Shown here: piece after piece, positions 27,964 to 41,539 of the stretch | Position numbering within the stretch: position 1 is the first letter of the stretch | Layout of the letters: the number at the start of each line of letters is the position of its first letter | Position numbers and translations under genes: made by a program | Notes under the pieces: generated by a model | What the model was told of the DNA's origin: nothing | What the model saw: the letters and a program-made list of their open reading frames with translations, nothing else | The model's database searches: none | Origin: Alphaproteobacteria bacterium | Lineage (GTDB): Bacteria > Pseudomonadota > Alphaproteobacteria > Bin95 | DNA: 64,000 nucleotides | Reading direction: 5' to 3' | NCBI GenBank assembly: GCA_964291285.2 | Contig: OZ219785.1 | Span: forward strand, 1,152,001-1,216,000

Positions 27964-28335
27964 CTACTCGTCGGCGCGGAAATTGAGCTCGATCAGGACT
28001 TCGTTCGGGTCGCGGACGAAGATCTGGCGGAGCTTGCCGCCCGGCACCACGCGGGTCTCGTGCTCGTAGCCCTTGTCGCCGAGGAAGGCGGTGTAGCGGT
28101 CGAAGCCTTCCGCCGCGAAGGCCACATGGTCGATGCAGCCCGAGCCGGACTTCTCCTGCTCGTCCACGCCGATCAGGTGGATGACCGCCTCCGGGCCGCA
28201 ATAGAGCCACGCGCCGGGGAAATCGAAATTCGGCCGGTCGCCATTCTCGAAGCCCAGAATGTCCTCGTAGAAGGCGACCGTCTCGTCGAGCTTGTCCGTC
28301 ATGATGTTGACGTGCTGGAGCATGGTGAGCGTCAT
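27964..28335 (-). CDS. VOC/glyoxalase family protein
   Basis: LQHVNI, RPNFDFPGAWLY, IDHVAF, QIFVRDPNEVLIELNF. Confidence 0.88.
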   Translation of the reverse strand: MTLTMLQHVNIMTDKLDETVAFYEDILGFENGDRPNFDFPGAWLYCGPEAVIHLIGVDEQEKSGSGCIDHVAFAAEGFDRYTAFLGDKGYEHETRVVPGGKLRQIFVRDPNEVLIELNFRADE

Positions 28336-28349
28336 GGATGCTGCCTCCT

Positions 28350-29864
28350 TCAGGCTTGGCTCGGCAGGTTTGAGGGGATGTCGGGGTCGAGAGGATAGAT
28401 CGGGCGGCGCAGCTTCTTCCAGGGGAACAGGCTGTAGTCCGACGTCGTCGTTCCCGGTCCGGCAAGCATCACGATCTCGCGCGCCATCGGCTCGAACCCG
28501 GCGCGGAAATGCTGGCGCGACTTGATGAGCACATAGCGCTTGGCGGCCGGGTCGATGCCGCAATGGGTGAAGCAGCCGGTATCGAACGGCTCGTAGCGGT
28601 CTTCGGAGACGACGATCTCGGCCGCGCCCGTGTCCAGCACGACGGTGCGCCCGAGGGAGAGGCGCACGCCGGTGAACATCGGCCCGGTGACGGTGAACTC
28701 GCCGTCGGTGATCCGGCGCACCCGGCCGCGAAGGCGGAGCGGCTCGCCCTTTAGCTCCATGGCCGGCATGTCGGTCTTGCCGCCGATCTCGACCTCGACC
28801 TCGGCCCCGACGCCGGCGGCGATCAGCTCCGCCACCGCCTCCGGGTCCGCGAAGGGTCCCGCGACCATGTCCGTCAGGCCCTGCCGCAGGCATTCCCGGA
28901 GGGCGGCCATCACATCCTGGTTGCCGCCGGACCCGGTATTGTCGCCGTGATCGACCAGCAGCACGGGGCCGTCTCCATCGGACATGGCGGCGGCGCGCGC
29001 GATCGAGTCCGGCATGTCCTCGATCTCGAACAGGAAATCGGCGCGCTTCTCCCAGGCCTCGCCCATCAGGTCGAGCACCAGGCGTTCCGCCCTGTCCGCC
29101 GGCCCCTGCACCACGGCGGAGATGCCCACATGTTCGATATCGGCGAGCGGGAAGCACCCGAACACCGAGGCCAGCAGCACTTCGCCCCCGTCTTCGGCGG
29201 CGCTGGCGCGGTCCATGATCGCCTGCATGGGCGGGCGCGAGGGCGAATGCACGTTCATGTGCGGCAGCAGCGGCAGGGAATGCCAGGCGGTCGCCGCAGC
29301 CGCGCCGTTCATGGCCTTGAGCAGCGCCTCGCCGGCCCGCATGCCGGTCTCGTGCATGTCGATATGCGGATAGGTGCGGTAGCCGGCGAGCACCGTCGGC
29401 AGCAGCGCAAGGTCGCGCGTCAGGTTGGTGTGGAAGTCGAGCGCGACCGCAACCGGCAGGTCCGGCGCCTCGGCCCGGATGCGGCGCAGCAGTTCGCCCT
29501 CGCCGTCGTCGAAGCCCTCCGTCACCATCGCGCCGTGCAGGTCGAGGAAGAGCGCGTCGCAGCCCTCCCGGACCGCTTCCAGCACGGCGTCGGCGACGAG
29601 GTCGAGAATGTCGTCCGGCGCCGGGGCGCTCGGGTGCGCGTTCGCGGCAACCGGCACGGCGAGCGCCGCGCCCTCGCGCTCGGCAATGTCGATATAGGCG
29701 GCGAGCGGGTTGTTGGTGCCCCGATAGACGCGCACCGCCTCCCCGCCCCGCGCCGGCCCGTCGGTCGATCCCACCCGCCCGAAGGCTGCGACGGGCGTGG
29801 GAACCGGCGAGAAGCTGTTGGTCTCATGGCGCATCAGCGCCGCGACGAAGCGTTTGCGGCTCAT
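28350..29864 (-). CDS. M81 family metallopeptidase (MlrC-like)
   Basis: HETNSFSP, LDLHGAM, DFHTN, YRTYPHID, KSRQHFRA. Confidence 0.9.
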   Translation of the reverse strand: MSRKRFVAALMRHETNSFSPVPTPVAAFGRVGSTDGPARGGEAVRVYRGTNNPLAAYIDIAEREGAALAVPVAANAHPSAPAPDDILDLVADAVLEAVREGCDALFLDLHGAMVTEGFDDGEGELLRRIRAEAPDLPVAVALDFHTNLTRDLALLPTVLAGYRTYPHIDMHETGMRAGEALLKAMNGAAAATAWHSLPLLPHMNVHSPSRPPMQAIMDRASAAEDGGEVLLASVFGCFPLADIEHVGISAVVQGPADRAERLVLDLMGEAWEKRADFLFEIEDMPDSIARAAAMSDGDGPVLLVDHGDNTGSGGNQDVMAALRECLRQGLTDMVAGPFADPEAVAELIAAGVGAEVEVEIGGKTDMPAMELKGEPLRLRGRVRRITDGEFTVTGPMFTGVRLSLGRTVVLDTGAAEIVVSEDRYEPFDTGCFTHCGIDPAAKRYVLIKSRQHFRAGFEPMAREIVMLAGPGTTTSDYSLFPWKKLRRPIYPLDPDIPSNLPSQA

Positions 29865-29938
29865 GGCGCGCCATTCTGTCGGAAGGGGTCAGGCATGGCA
29901 AAGCGGGCGGCGCAGCTCCCGGCTTTCTCCGTCCGCTC

Positions 29939-32391
<2,453 letters not shown>

Positions 32392-33167
32392 GAGGCCCGC
32401 CGCGGCGCCTTGCTCCTCCCCGCCATTGCCGTCTCCGCCTCCGCCGGCCTGTGCGGCCAGGGCTTTCTGCCGCCTCTTTTCCCGCCTCTTCCTCTTCCTC
32501 CTGCGCGCCTCGCGGCGGTCCTGCCGTTCGACCCAGGCGTGGAACTCGGGCGTGCCCTGTCTGCCGGTCCAGACCGCGCCGAGGTAATGGAATTCGTCCC
32601 GTTCGGGTTGCGGCAGGCGCCTGGCGCTCCAGTCGAGCCGGGCGAGGAGCTGTCCGAGATGGGCGAGGCGGGCGCGACCGGCGCGGTGGTATTCGGCGCG
32701 GGCGCGGTCGTCCGCGGACGGCGGTCCGGCGTTTATGTCCTCCGCACAGGCTTCGGCAAGGGCTTCGGCGGCGGGGGCGAGGCGCTCCAGCGGCATCGCC
32801 GCCAGTCGGGGACGGGGGTCGGTTTCGGTCATCCATGCCTCCTTCGGGGCAAAGGGCGGGACGGGGTGTCCCTGTTTCGCGCGTAATGCGTGCGCGTATC
32901 GCGGCGGCGCGGTTTGCGCGCCTGACCGCCCGCGCGCCCGTGCGCGCGGCAGCGGGTCGGGCAGAGGGCGCAGCTTTCCCGTCCGCTTGCGCCGGGGGTT
33001 TGCGGCCCCCGGCCATGGCCTTCTGCAGAAAAGCGGAAAGGCGGCCCCGGGGAGCCGCCTCTCTGTGCCTATTCTACACCAGTTCGCTGAAAGTCAAGCC
33101 CATACGGGAACGAAAAATGACAATATCGGGCAACTTTCCCACAACCCATTGAACCGGCGGTGCAATC

Positions 33168-33196
33168 TCATGCCGGCGTCCTCGCTTCGGGCATGA
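33168..33196. repeat. Short palindrome (REP-like remnant or terminator) downstream of mutS
   Basis: TCATGCC...GGCATGA. Confidence 0.4.
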
Positions 33197-33234
33197 CGGG
33201 AAGAAGACATGAGTTCCAAATCGAGGCCGCCGGA

Positions 33235-35826
33235 TTACCTTGTCAACCGCTTCAGTTCGTAGAGCCGTTCCAGCGCCTCCCTCGGGCTCAGCGCGTCGGG
33301 GTCGAGGGCGGCGAGGGCCTGTTCGGCTTCCGAAGGCTGCGGGTCAGGCTCCGGGTTGCGGGCGGCGGCGAAGAGCGGCAGGTCCTCGGCGAGCCGCGCG
33401 ATGGCGCCGCCCTGCTCGCCGGTCTCCAGCAGGCGCAGCACCTCCTCCGCCCGCTCGACCACGGCGCGCGGCAGGCCTGCAAGCCGCGCCACATGGATGC
33501 CGTAGGAACGGTCCGCCGCGCCCGGTGCCACCTCGTGCAGGAACACCACGGAGCCCTGCCATTCCTTGACCCGCATGGTGCGGAGCGCGAGGCGTTCCAG
33601 CTTGCCGGCCAGCAGGGTGAGTTCGTGGTAATGCGTCGCGAACAGCGCCCGGCAGCGGCAGGCCTCGTGAAGCTGCTCGACGACCGCCCAGGCGATCGAG
33701 AGGCCGTCGAAGGTCGCCGTGCCGCGCCCGATCTCGTCGAGGATCACCAGCGAGCGTTCGCTTGCCCGGTTCAGGATCGCCGCCGTCTCGACCATCTCGA
33801 CCATGAAGGTGGACCGCCCGCGCGCGAGGTCGTCCGACGCCCCGACGCGGCTGAACAGCCGGTCCACCGCCCCGATATGCGCGCGGTCCGCCGGCACGAA
33901 GCTGCCCGTCTGCGCCAGGATGGCGATGAGCGCGTTCTGGCGCAGGAAGGTGCTCTTGCCCGCCATGTTCGGACCCGTCACGAGCCAGAGCCGCCGGTCC
34001 GGCGAGAGGTCGCAGCCATTCGCGACGAAGGGCTCGTCCAGCGCCGCCTCGACGACCGGGTGGCGGCCGTCCTCGATCTCGAAGGCGAGGCTGTCGTCCA
34101 CCAGCGGGCGGCTCCAGTTGCATTCGACGGCGAGCGCCGCCAGTCCCGAGGCGGCGTCGAGCAGGGCGAGCGCCGCTGCCGCCGCCGCGATCCCGCCGCC
34201 CCGTTCCAGCACGTCGGCCGCAAGGCGTTCGAATATGGCGAGCTCGACCGCCAGCGCCTGATCGGCCGCGCCCGCGATCTGCGCTTCCAGCCTGCCGAGC
34301 TCGACCGTGGTGAAGCGCATGGAGTTGGCCATGGTCTGGCGGTGGATGAAGGCGTCGTCGGCCTGCAGGCGCTCCGAAGCGGCCTGCGTCACCTCGACGA
34401 AATATCCCAGGATGTTGTTGTGGCGGATCTTGAGCGAGGCCGCGCCCGTCTCGGCCGCATAGCGCGCCTGCAGCCCGGCCACCGTCTTGCGGCTGTCGTC
34501 GCGGAGCGCGCGCAGCCGGTCGAGTTCGCCGTTATGGCCGGCGGCCACGAACCCGCCGTCGCGCGCGGCCAGCGGAAGGTCGGGACCGAGCGCCGCCGCC
34601 AGCGCTGCCGCCGTTTCCCCGTGGCCCCGGAGCGCGGCGCAGGCATCGGCCAGCAGCGGCGGCGGGGCATCGAACAGGCCCGCGATCTCGCCCGCCAGGA
34701 CGAGCGCGTCGCGAATCGCCGCGAGGTCGCGCGGGCCGCCGCGCCCGAGGCCGAGCCGCGAGAGGGCGCGCTCGATATCCGGGGCGCGCGCGAGCCGGCC
34801 GGCAAGCTCCCGGCGGAGCCGGTCCTCGCGGCAGAGCCAGTCCACCGCGTCGTGGCGCGCGGCGATGGCGGCCGGGTCGGTGAGAGGTGCCGCAAGCCAT
34901 GCCGCCAGCAGGCGGCCGCCGGCCGCGCTCCGCGTCCGGTCGATGGCGGCGAGCAGGCTGCCCCGGCGCTCGCCGGCGAGCGTTGCGGTCAGCTCCAGGT
35001 TCCGCCTGGTCGCGGGGTCGATCTCCAGCACCTGTCCGGGGCCGGCGGGCCGGGGCGGCTCCAGGCGCGGCAGGCGGCCCTTCTGCGTCAGCTCCAGATA
35101 ATCGACCAGCACCCCGCAGGCGGCGGTCTCGGCGCGGCCGAAGCGCCCGAAACCCTCAAGCGTCGCCACGCCGAACGTCTCCAGCAGGCGCCTCAGCGCA
35201 TTCTCGCTGTCGAAGCGCGCGGCCGGCAGCGGCGTCGCCGCGCCGTCGAAGGCGGTCGTTTCCAGCAGCCTCTCGGGCAGGACCAGCTCCGAAGGCTCGA
35301 TGCGCGCGAGCAGCGCCGGCAGGCTCTCCTGCGTCACGCTCTCGACGCGGAACTCGCCGGTGGACATGTCGGCCCAGGCGAGCGCCGTCCCGCCGCCCGC
35401 TTCGGCCAGCACGGCCAGATAATTGTGCCGGCGCGCGTCCAGCAGCGAGTCTTCGGTAAGCGTGCCCGGCGTGACCAGCCGGATGACCTCGCGCGCCACC
35501 ACCGCGCCGCTGCCGCGCTTGCGGGCCTCGGCCGGGTCCTCGGTCTGCTCGCAGATGGCGACCTTGAAACCCTTTCGGATCAGCCGCTCCAGATAGGCCT
35601 CATGCGCGCGCACCGGCACGCCCGCCATCGGGATGTCGTCGCCGTCATGGCGCCCGCGCCTGGTGAGCGCGATGTCGAGCGCGGCCGCGGCCTCGACGGC
35701 GTCCTCGAAGAACAGCTCGTAGAAATCGCCCATCCGGTAGAACAGCAGATAGCCCGGATGCGCCTCGCGAATGGCGAGATATTGCGCCATCATCGGCGTG
35801 CTGCTGGCGGGGCGGGCGGCTTTCAT
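33235..35826 (-). CDS. mutS: DNA mismatch repair protein MutS
   Basis: [55 protein letters not shown]. Confidence 0.98.
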   Translation of the reverse strand: MKAARPASSTPMMAQYLAIREAHPGYLLFYRMGDFYELFFEDAVEAAAALDIALTRRGRHDGDDIPMAGVPVRAHEAYLERLIRKGFKVAICEQTEDPAEARKRGSGAVVAREVIRLVTPGTLTEDSLLDARRHNYLAVLAEAGGGTALAWADMSTGEFRVESVTQESLPALLARIEPSELVLPERLLETTAFDGAATPLPAARFDSENALRRLLETFGVATLEGFGRFGRAETAACGVLVDYLELTQKGRLPRLEPPRPAGPGQVLEIDPATRRNLELTATLAGERRGSLLAAIDRTRSAAGGRLLAAWLAAPLTDPAAIAARHDAVDWLCREDRLRRELAGRLARAPDIERALSRLGLGRGGPRDLAAIRDALVLAGEIAGLFDAPPPLLADACAALRGHGETAAALAAALGPDLPLAARDGGFVAAGHNGELDRLRALRDDSRKTVAGLQARYAAETGAASLKIRHNNILGYFVEVTQAASERLQADDAFIHRQTMANSMRFTTVELGRLEAQIAGAADQALAVELAIFERLAADVLERGGGIAAAAAALALLDAASGLAALAVECNWSRPLVDDSLAFEIEDGRHPVVEAALDEPFVANGCDLSPDRRLWLVTGPNMAGKSTFLRQNALIAILAQTGSFVPADRAHIGAVDRLFSRVGASDDLARGRSTFMVEMVETAAILNRASERSLVILDEIGRGTATFDGLSIAWAVVEQLHEACRCRALFATHYHELTLLAGKLERLALRTMRVKEWQGSVVFLHEVAPGAADRSYGIHVARLAGLPRAVVERAEEVLRLLETGEQGGAIARLAEDLPLFAAARNPEPDPQPSEAEQALAALDPDALSPREALERLYELKRLTR

Positions 35827-35974
35827 CGGGGGCGGCGGTCTTCCGGCGAACGGGCCGCCCAGCATTCCGCATCCCGCCCGTTTCGCCAATGCCGATGCGC
35901 GGGGAAATATCTGGCGGGAGGCGGCAGGGATTTGGTATATCTCGCAGAACCCGGAAGAAACGAGACCGGCTTTC

Positions 35975-36256
35975 ATGGCGCAGACGGCGGTATTCGACAC
36001 CCTCGCAGCGGTTCAGCGGCTTGAGGACGCCGGCGTCGAGCGCAAACACGCCGAAGCCTATGCCGAAGCGATAGCAACGGCCGTGCATAGCGCCGATCTG
36101 GCGACCAAGAACGATATGGAGACCGCGCTGTCGGCGACTAAGAACGACATGGAGGCCGCGCTGGCAGCCTTGGAATCGAGGCTGACGATCCGGTTCTACG
36201 GGGCGCAATTGGCGACTGTCGCCCTGGTTGTCGCGTTGCTGAAGCTGCTTCCCTGA
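35975..36256 (+). CDS. DUF1640/CCDC90-like small coiled-coil membrane protein
   Basis: [13 protein letters not shown]...AEA, LATKND repeated twice, C-terminal TM helix. Confidence 0.8.
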   Translation: MAQTAVFDTLAAVQRLEDAGVERKHAEAYAEAIATAVHSADLATKNDMETALSATKNDMEAALAALESRLTIRFYGAQLATVALVVALLKLLP

Positions 36257-36281
36257 CAAGCAGCCTGCCGAGGGGGACAGG

Positions 36282-37235
36282 ATGGATTTCGGTTTCAGCA
36301 TTCCGCACAGGGGCCCGCTCGCCAATCCGGTGGACCAGAAGCGCCTCGCGCAGACCGGCGAGCGGCTCGGTTATGCGGCGCTCACAGTCTCGGACCACAT
36401 CGTCATCCCGTGCGACATCGGGTCGAAATACCCCTATTCGGAGACGGGCGACTTCCCCGGCAGCCGGTCGGGCGAGGCGCTGGAGATGATCGCGCTGCTG
36501 GCCTTCCTGTGCGGCGTCACCGAGAAGGCGCGGCTCATCACCTCCGTCATGGTGCTGCCGCACCGCAATCCGGTGCTGGCGGCCAAGCAGCTTGCGACGG
36601 CGGACCTGCTGAGCGGCGGGCGCGTCACGGTCGGCTGCGGCGTGGGCTGGATGCGCGAGGAATTCGAGGCGGTGGGCCTGCCGCCCTTCGACGAGCGCGG
36701 CCGGGTCGCGGACGAATATCTCCGCGTCTTCAAGGCGGTCTGGACCCAGGACCCGGCAGGCTTCGCCGGCGACTATGCCAATTTCTCCAATGTCTCGACG
36801 CTGCCGCACCCGGTGCAGAAGCCGCATCCGCCGCTCTGGATCGGCGGCGAGAGCCGGCCGGCGCTCCGCCGCGTCGCCGCGCTCGGCGACGCCTGGTATC
36901 CCATCGGCAACAATCCGCGCGCCATGCTCGACAGCCTGGAGCGCTACCGCGCCCGGCGCGACCTGCTGATCCGGACCGCCGAAGAAGCGGGGCGCGACCC
37001 CGCCTCGATCGAGCTCGCCTACTCCGCCCCCTGGCATTTCGAGGAGGCCGCGGACGATGGCGAGGGCGGCCGCCGCTTCCTCACCGGCAGCACGGAAGAG
37101 CGCGCCGGCGACCTCCGCGCGCTCGGCGAACTCGGCGTCGGCTGCGTCTTCCTGAACTTCGCCGCGCGCTCCGTCGAGCGCACCGAAGAGCGCCTCGCCC
37201 GCTTCGCCGAGGAGGTCATGCCGCTGGTGCAGTAG
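36282..37235 (+). CDS. LLM class (luciferase-like, F420-dependent-like) oxidoreductase
   Basis: VSDHIV.P, SKYPYS, LAAKQLAT.D.LSGGR, GVGWMREEF, PPLWIGG. Confidence 0.9.
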   Translation: MDFGFSIPHRGPLANPVDQKRLAQTGERLGYAALTVSDHIVIPCDIGSKYPYSETGDFPGSRSGEALEMIALLAFLCGVTEKARLITSVMVLPHRNPVLAAKQLATADLLSGGRVTVGCGVGWMREEFEAVGLPPFDERGRVADEYLRVFKAVWTQDPAGFAGDYANFSNVSTLPHPVQKPHPPLWIGGESRPALRRVAALGDAWYPIGNNPRAMLDSLERYRARRDLLIRTAEEAGRDPASIELAYSAPWHFEEAADDGEGGRRFLTGSTEERAGDLRALGELGVGCVFLNFAARSVERTEERLARFAEEVMPLVQ

Positions 37236-37244
37236 AGCCGGGCC

Positions 37245-38114
37245 TCAGCCCCGGCGGCGCAGCGCCGTCTGCATCCACACGATGCCGCCGAGCACCATGA
37301 GGGCGCCGCACCATTGCCAGGGGCCGAGCCGCTCGTCGTAGAGCGCCCAGGCGGCGAAGATGCTGGTGAGCGGCTGGAGATTGTTCAGCATCGCCGTGTT
37401 CTCGGCCCCGGCGAGGCGGACGGCGGCGTAGTAGAGCGGGATCGAGGAAACCTGGCAGACGATCACGGCGAGGCAGCCGGCCCATCCCGCCGCGGTCACG
37501 GGCAGCCGCGCCTCCCCGGAGAAGAGGGCGGCCGGCACGAGGATCGCGGCCGCCACCGCCGAGAACCAGAACATCACCGGCAGCGGGTCGGCATGGGCCA
37601 TGCCGCGCGCGAGCCAGAGCACGCTGACCGAGCAGGCCATGCCGGCCGACACGCCGAGGAACACACCGAACGGGTCGAGGCCGTCGAAGCCGACGCCGAG
37701 CGCAAGCCCGACGCCCGCAAAGGCGAGCGCCAGCGCACCCATGACCGCCGCGCTTGGCCAGCGCCGGTCGAGCGCGGCGGAGAAGGCCCCCACCAGCGGC
37801 GGATAGACGAAGAAGCAGAGCGCAGCGAGCCCGACCGGGATCGTCTCCACCGCGGCGATATTGCCGTAGAACATGTGCGCCGCCAGCACGCCGAGGCCGA
37901 GGCAGGAGAGCATGTCGCGCCCCGGCAGCCGCAGGCTGCGCCGGGTGGCCGCACAGACGAGCCAGAGCATCAGCGCCAGCAGCACCGCGCGCACGGGCGA
38001 GATCGCGATGGGCGTCGCACCCCCCTCGTAGGCCGCGCGCGACGCCGCGATCGCCAGCCCGAGGCCGAGCGAGGACGCGACCGCGAACAGGTATCCCCGG
38101 CGGACGGCCGTCAC
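37245..38114 (-). CDS. DMT/EamA family transporter
   Basis: About 10 hydrophobic segments, LQPL, ALYDERL, GALMVLGGI. Confidence 0.85.
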   Translation of the reverse strand: MTAVRRGYLFAVASSLGLGLAIAASRAAYEGGATPIAISPVRAVLLALMLWLVCAATRRSLRLPGRDMLSCLGLGVLAAHMFYGNIAAVETIPVGLAALCFFVYPPLVGAFSAALDRRWPSAAVMGALALAFAGVGLALGVGFDGLDPFGVFLGVSAGMACSVSVLWLARGMAHADPLPVMFWFSAVAAAILVPAALFSGEARLPVTAAGWAGCLAVIVCQVSSIPLYYAAVRLAGAENTAMLNNLQPLTSIFAAWALYDERLGPWQWCGALMVLGGIVWMQTALRRRG

Positions 38115-38212
38115 CCGCCTGCCGCCGCTCCGGGGAAGGGCCGGACGCCATGCCTGTCCAGAACCATGCCGAGCCCCTATATGATGAACCGCCCGTGGGA
38201 CAAGGTTTAGCA

Positions 38213-39991
38213 ATGCCCGATACCGAGCGCGAGAGCGCCACGCTGCCGGTCTGGGACCTGACGGACCTCTACAGCGCGCCGGACGGCCCCGACACCGCCC
38301 GCGACCTTGAGACCGCCCATGCCGAGGCCCGCACGATAGAGGAGCGCTGGAAAGGCCGGCTCGCGGAACTCGACGGCGAGGAGCTGGCGGATGCGGTCGA
38401 GGCCTATGAGCGGCTCCACGAGCGGCTGGCGAGGCTGCTCAGCTATGCAGGCCTCCTGCGCGCGGGCGACATGGCGTCCCCGGAGACCGGGCGCTTCCAC
38501 CAGTCCATCCAGGAGCGCTTCGCGGAGATTGCCGCGCACACGGTCTTCTTCCAGCTCGAGCTCAACGAGATCGACGACGATGTCCTCGCGCGCCGGCTGG
38601 AGGAGAGCGGGCGCCTCAGCCGCTACCGCCCCTGGCTGGAGCAGAGCCGGTCATTCCGCCCCCACCAGCTTGCCGAGGACATGGAGCGCCTGCTGCTCGA
38701 CCGCGACGTGGCGGGCTCCTCGGCCTGGACGCGGCTTTTCGACGAGACGCTGGCCGCGCTGCGCTTCCCGTTCCGCGACCGCCGGCTCACCATGGAGGAG
38801 GCGCTCGACCGGCTCTCCGACGCCGATGCCGGCGTGCGCAGGGCGGCGGCCTCGACGCTGTCCACGGTGCTCGGCGAGAACGCCCGGCTCTTCGCGCATA
38901 TCCTCAACACGCTGCTGAAGGACAAGGAGATCGACGACCGCTGGCGCGGTTTCTCCCGCCCGGTCGCGGCGCGCAACCTGCAGAACCGGGTCGAGGACGA
39001 GGTGGTCGATGCGCTGGTCGGCTCGGTCAAGCGGGCCTATCCGGGCCTCTCCCACCGCTACTACCGGCTGAAGGCGGAGTGGCTAGGCCAGGACAAGCTC
39101 GCCTGGTGGGACCGCAATGCGCCGCTGCCGGAGGCGGACGGGCGCGAATACTCCTGGGCCGAGGCGAAGCGCATCGTGCTGGAGTCCTACGGCGCCTTCT
39201 CGCCGCGCATGGCGGCGCTCGCCGGGCGGTTCTTCGACAATGCCTGGATCGACGCCCCGCCGCGGCCCGGCAAGGCACCGGGGGCGTTCTCCCACTCGAC
39301 CGTGCCGGGCGCGCATCCCTATGTGCTGCTCAACTACCAGGGCAAGGCCAGGGACGTGGCGACGCTCGCGCACGAACTCGGCCACGGCGTGCATCAGTCG
39401 CTGGCGGCGGCACAGGGCTATTTCCTGGCCGCGACGCCGCTCACCCTTGCCGAGACGGCCTCCGTCTTCGGCGAGATGCTGACCTTCCAGGCGATGCTGA
39501 ACGCGGCTCCGCCGGACGGCCGCCGCGCGCTGCTCGCCGGCAAGGTCGAGGACATGCTCAACACGGTGGTGCGCCAGGTCGCCTTCTACGAATTCGAGCG
39601 CCGGCTCCACGAGGCGCGCGCAGGAGCCGAGCTGACGGTGGACGATATCGGCGGCATCTGGATGGAGACGCAGCGCGAGAGCCTGGGCGACGCCTTCGCC
39701 TTCGACGACTCCTACCGTGCCATGTGGACCTATATCGGCCACTTCATACATGCGCCCTTCTACGTCTATGCCTATGCCTTCGGCGACTGCCTGGTGAACG
39801 CGCTCTACGCGGCCTATGAGGACGGGAGCGAGGGGTTCGAGGCGAGCTATCTCGACATGCTCGCTGCCGGCGGCTCCAGGCACCACGGCGAACTGCTGGC
39901 CCCGTTCGGCCTCGACGCCCGGGACCCGGCATTCTGGGACCGGGGCCTTGCGCGCATCGCCGGCTTCGTGGACGAGCTGGAGGCCGCATGA
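38213..39991 (+). CDS. pepF: M3B oligoendopeptidase F
   Basis: WDLTDLY, GKAPGAF, HELGH, LAETASVFGE, PFYVYAY. Confidence 0.92.
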   Translation: MPDTERESATLPVWDLTDLYSAPDGPDTARDLETAHAEARTIEERWKGRLAELDGEELADAVEAYERLHERLARLLSYAGLLRAGDMASPETGRFHQSIQERFAEIAAHTVFFQLELNEIDDDVLARRLEESGRLSRYRPWLEQSRSFRPHQLAEDMERLLLDRDVAGSSAWTRLFDETLAALRFPFRDRRLTMEEALDRLSDADAGVRRAAASTLSTVLGENARLFAHILNTLLKDKEIDDRWRGFSRPVAARNLQNRVEDEVVDALVGSVKRAYPGLSHRYYRLKAEWLGQDKLAWWDRNAPLPEADGREYSWAEAKRIVLESYGAFSPRMAALAGRFFDNAWIDAPPRPGKAPGAFSHSTVPGAHPYVLLNYQGKARDVATLAHELGHGVHQSLAAAQGYFLAATPLTLAETASVFGEMLTFQAMLNAAPPDGRRALLAGKVEDMLNTVVRQVAFYEFERRLHEARAGAELTVDDIGGIWMETQRESLGDAFAFDDSYRAMWTYIGHFIHAPFYVYAYAFGDCLVNALYAAYEDGSEGFEASYLDMLAAGGSRHHGELLAPFGLDARDPAFWDRGLARIAGFVDELEAA

Positions 39992-41322
39992 GCGACGACA
40001 CGGGCGGCCTCGGCGGCCAGCTGCGGCGCTATGCAAGGGTCGGCGGGGCGGTAGGCGGCCTCGCGGCCAACTATGCCGGGCGGCGGCTTCTCGGGCGCAG
40101 GATCGAGCATGACGCCCATGCGCGCGAGCTCGCGGCTGCGGTGGGCGGCCTCAAGGGGCCGCTGATGAAGGTGGCGCAGATCCTCGCCACCATTCCCGAC
40201 GCGCTGCCGTCGGCCTATGCGGAGGAGTTGCGGCAATTGCAGGCCGATGCCCCTTCGATGGGCTGGCCGTTCGTGCGCCGTCGGATGGCGGGCGAACTCG
40301 GCCCGGACTGGCCGAAGCGTTTCGGGGCTTTCGAGCGGAGTGCGGCCCATGCGGCCTCGCTCGGCCAGGTCCACCGCGCGACCGCCCCCGACGGTGCGCG
40401 GCTTGCCTGCAAGCTGCAATATCCCGACATGGCCGCGGCCGTGGAGGCGGACCTCCGGCAGTTGCGGCTGGTGTTCTCGGTCTATGAGCGCCGCGACCGG
40501 GCAGTGCGCACGGACAGCGTCTTCCAGGAGCTTTCGGAGCGGCTGAGGGAGGAACTCGATTACCACCGCGAGGCGAAGCACATGCGCCTCTACGGGGCGA
40601 TGCTGGCCGACGAGGCGGGCGTGACGGTGCCGGAGCCGGTGGAGGTGCTTTCGACCGGCCGCCTGCTCACCATGACCTGGATCGACGGGCGCCCGCTCAT
40701 GGAGGCGGTGGACTTGGCCGTAGAGGCGCGCAACCGGCTGGCGGAAAGCATGTTCCGCGCCTGGTACGTGCCCTTCTACGATTGCGGCGTCATCCATGGC
40801 GACCCGCATCTCGGCAACTACTCGATGCGGGAGGATTTCGGCATCAACCTGCTGGATTTCGGCTGCATCCGGGTCTTCCCGCCGTCCTTCGTCAAGGGCG
40901 TGATCGATCTCTACCGGGCGCTTCGGGACGGCGACGAGGCGCTGGCGGTCTCGGCCTACGAAACCTGGGGCTTCGAGAACCCCTCGCGCGACCTGATCGA
41001 GGTGCTGAACATCTGGGCGGAGTTCCTTTACGCGCCCTTGCTCCAGGACCGCGTCCAGCGCATCCAGGAAAGCGAGAGCGGCCTCTACGGCGCAACGGTC
41101 GCAGCCAGGGTCCACCGGGAGCTCAGGCGCGTCGGCGGGGTGCGCCCGCCGCGCGAATTCGTGCTCATGGACCGGGCCGCCATCGGCCTCGGCTCGGTCT
41201 TCATGCGGCTCAGGGCGGAGGTGAACTGGCACCGCCTCTTCCACGGCCTGATCGACGGCTTCGATGTGGACGCCCTCGCAGCCCGCCAGTCCGCAGCCCT
41301 GGAGGCGGCGGGGCTGGAATAA
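39988..41322 (+). CDS. ABC1/AarF/UbiB family atypical kinase
   Basis: LKGPLMKVAQ, AASLGQVH, KLQYP, EELDY, HGDPHLGN, LLDFG. Confidence 0.92.
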   Translation: MSDDTGGLGGQLRRYARVGGAVGGLAANYAGRRLLGRRIEHDAHARELAAAVGGLKGPLMKVAQILATIPDALPSAYAEELRQLQADAPSMGWPFVRRRMAGELGPDWPKRFGAFERSAAHAASLGQVHRATAPDGARLACKLQYPDMAAAVEADLRQLRLVFSVYERRDRAVRTDSVFQELSERLREELDYHREAKHMRLYGAMLADEAGVTVPEPVEVLSTGRLLTMTWIDGRPLMEAVDLAVEARNRLAESMFRAWYVPFYDCGVIHGDPHLGNYSMREDFGINLLDFGCIRVFPPSFVKGVIDLYRALRDGDEALAVSAYETWGFENPSRDLIEVLNIWAEFLYAPLLQDRVQRIQESESGLYGATVAARVHRELRRVGGVRPPREFVLMDRAAIGLGSVFMRLRAEVNWHRLFHGLIDGFDVDALAARQSAALEAAGLE

Positions 41323-41539
41323 GGTCGCGCCGGACCCGGGCAGTCCCCGCGGCGCCTTCAGGTGCGACATTTTTGCTTGCGGCCCGGCCGCTATCCAGTG
41401 CAGGCTTGGCATCGAGTCGTCGATTTGCCGGCGTCGCCGCGCTCCCAAAGCATGGGGACGGAGGGCGTTTATCGTGCCTGCCGGCGAACGGGCAGTATTT
41501 CAGGGAGGATCCCTCGCGAAGGCGGAAGGAGACGGCGTC

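Noticed and set aside
33160-36024. 954-aa + strand ORF and similar long antisense ORFs (for example 7170-8861, 30029-31720, 46808-48796)
   Set aside because: Shadow or alternative frames of well-supported genes
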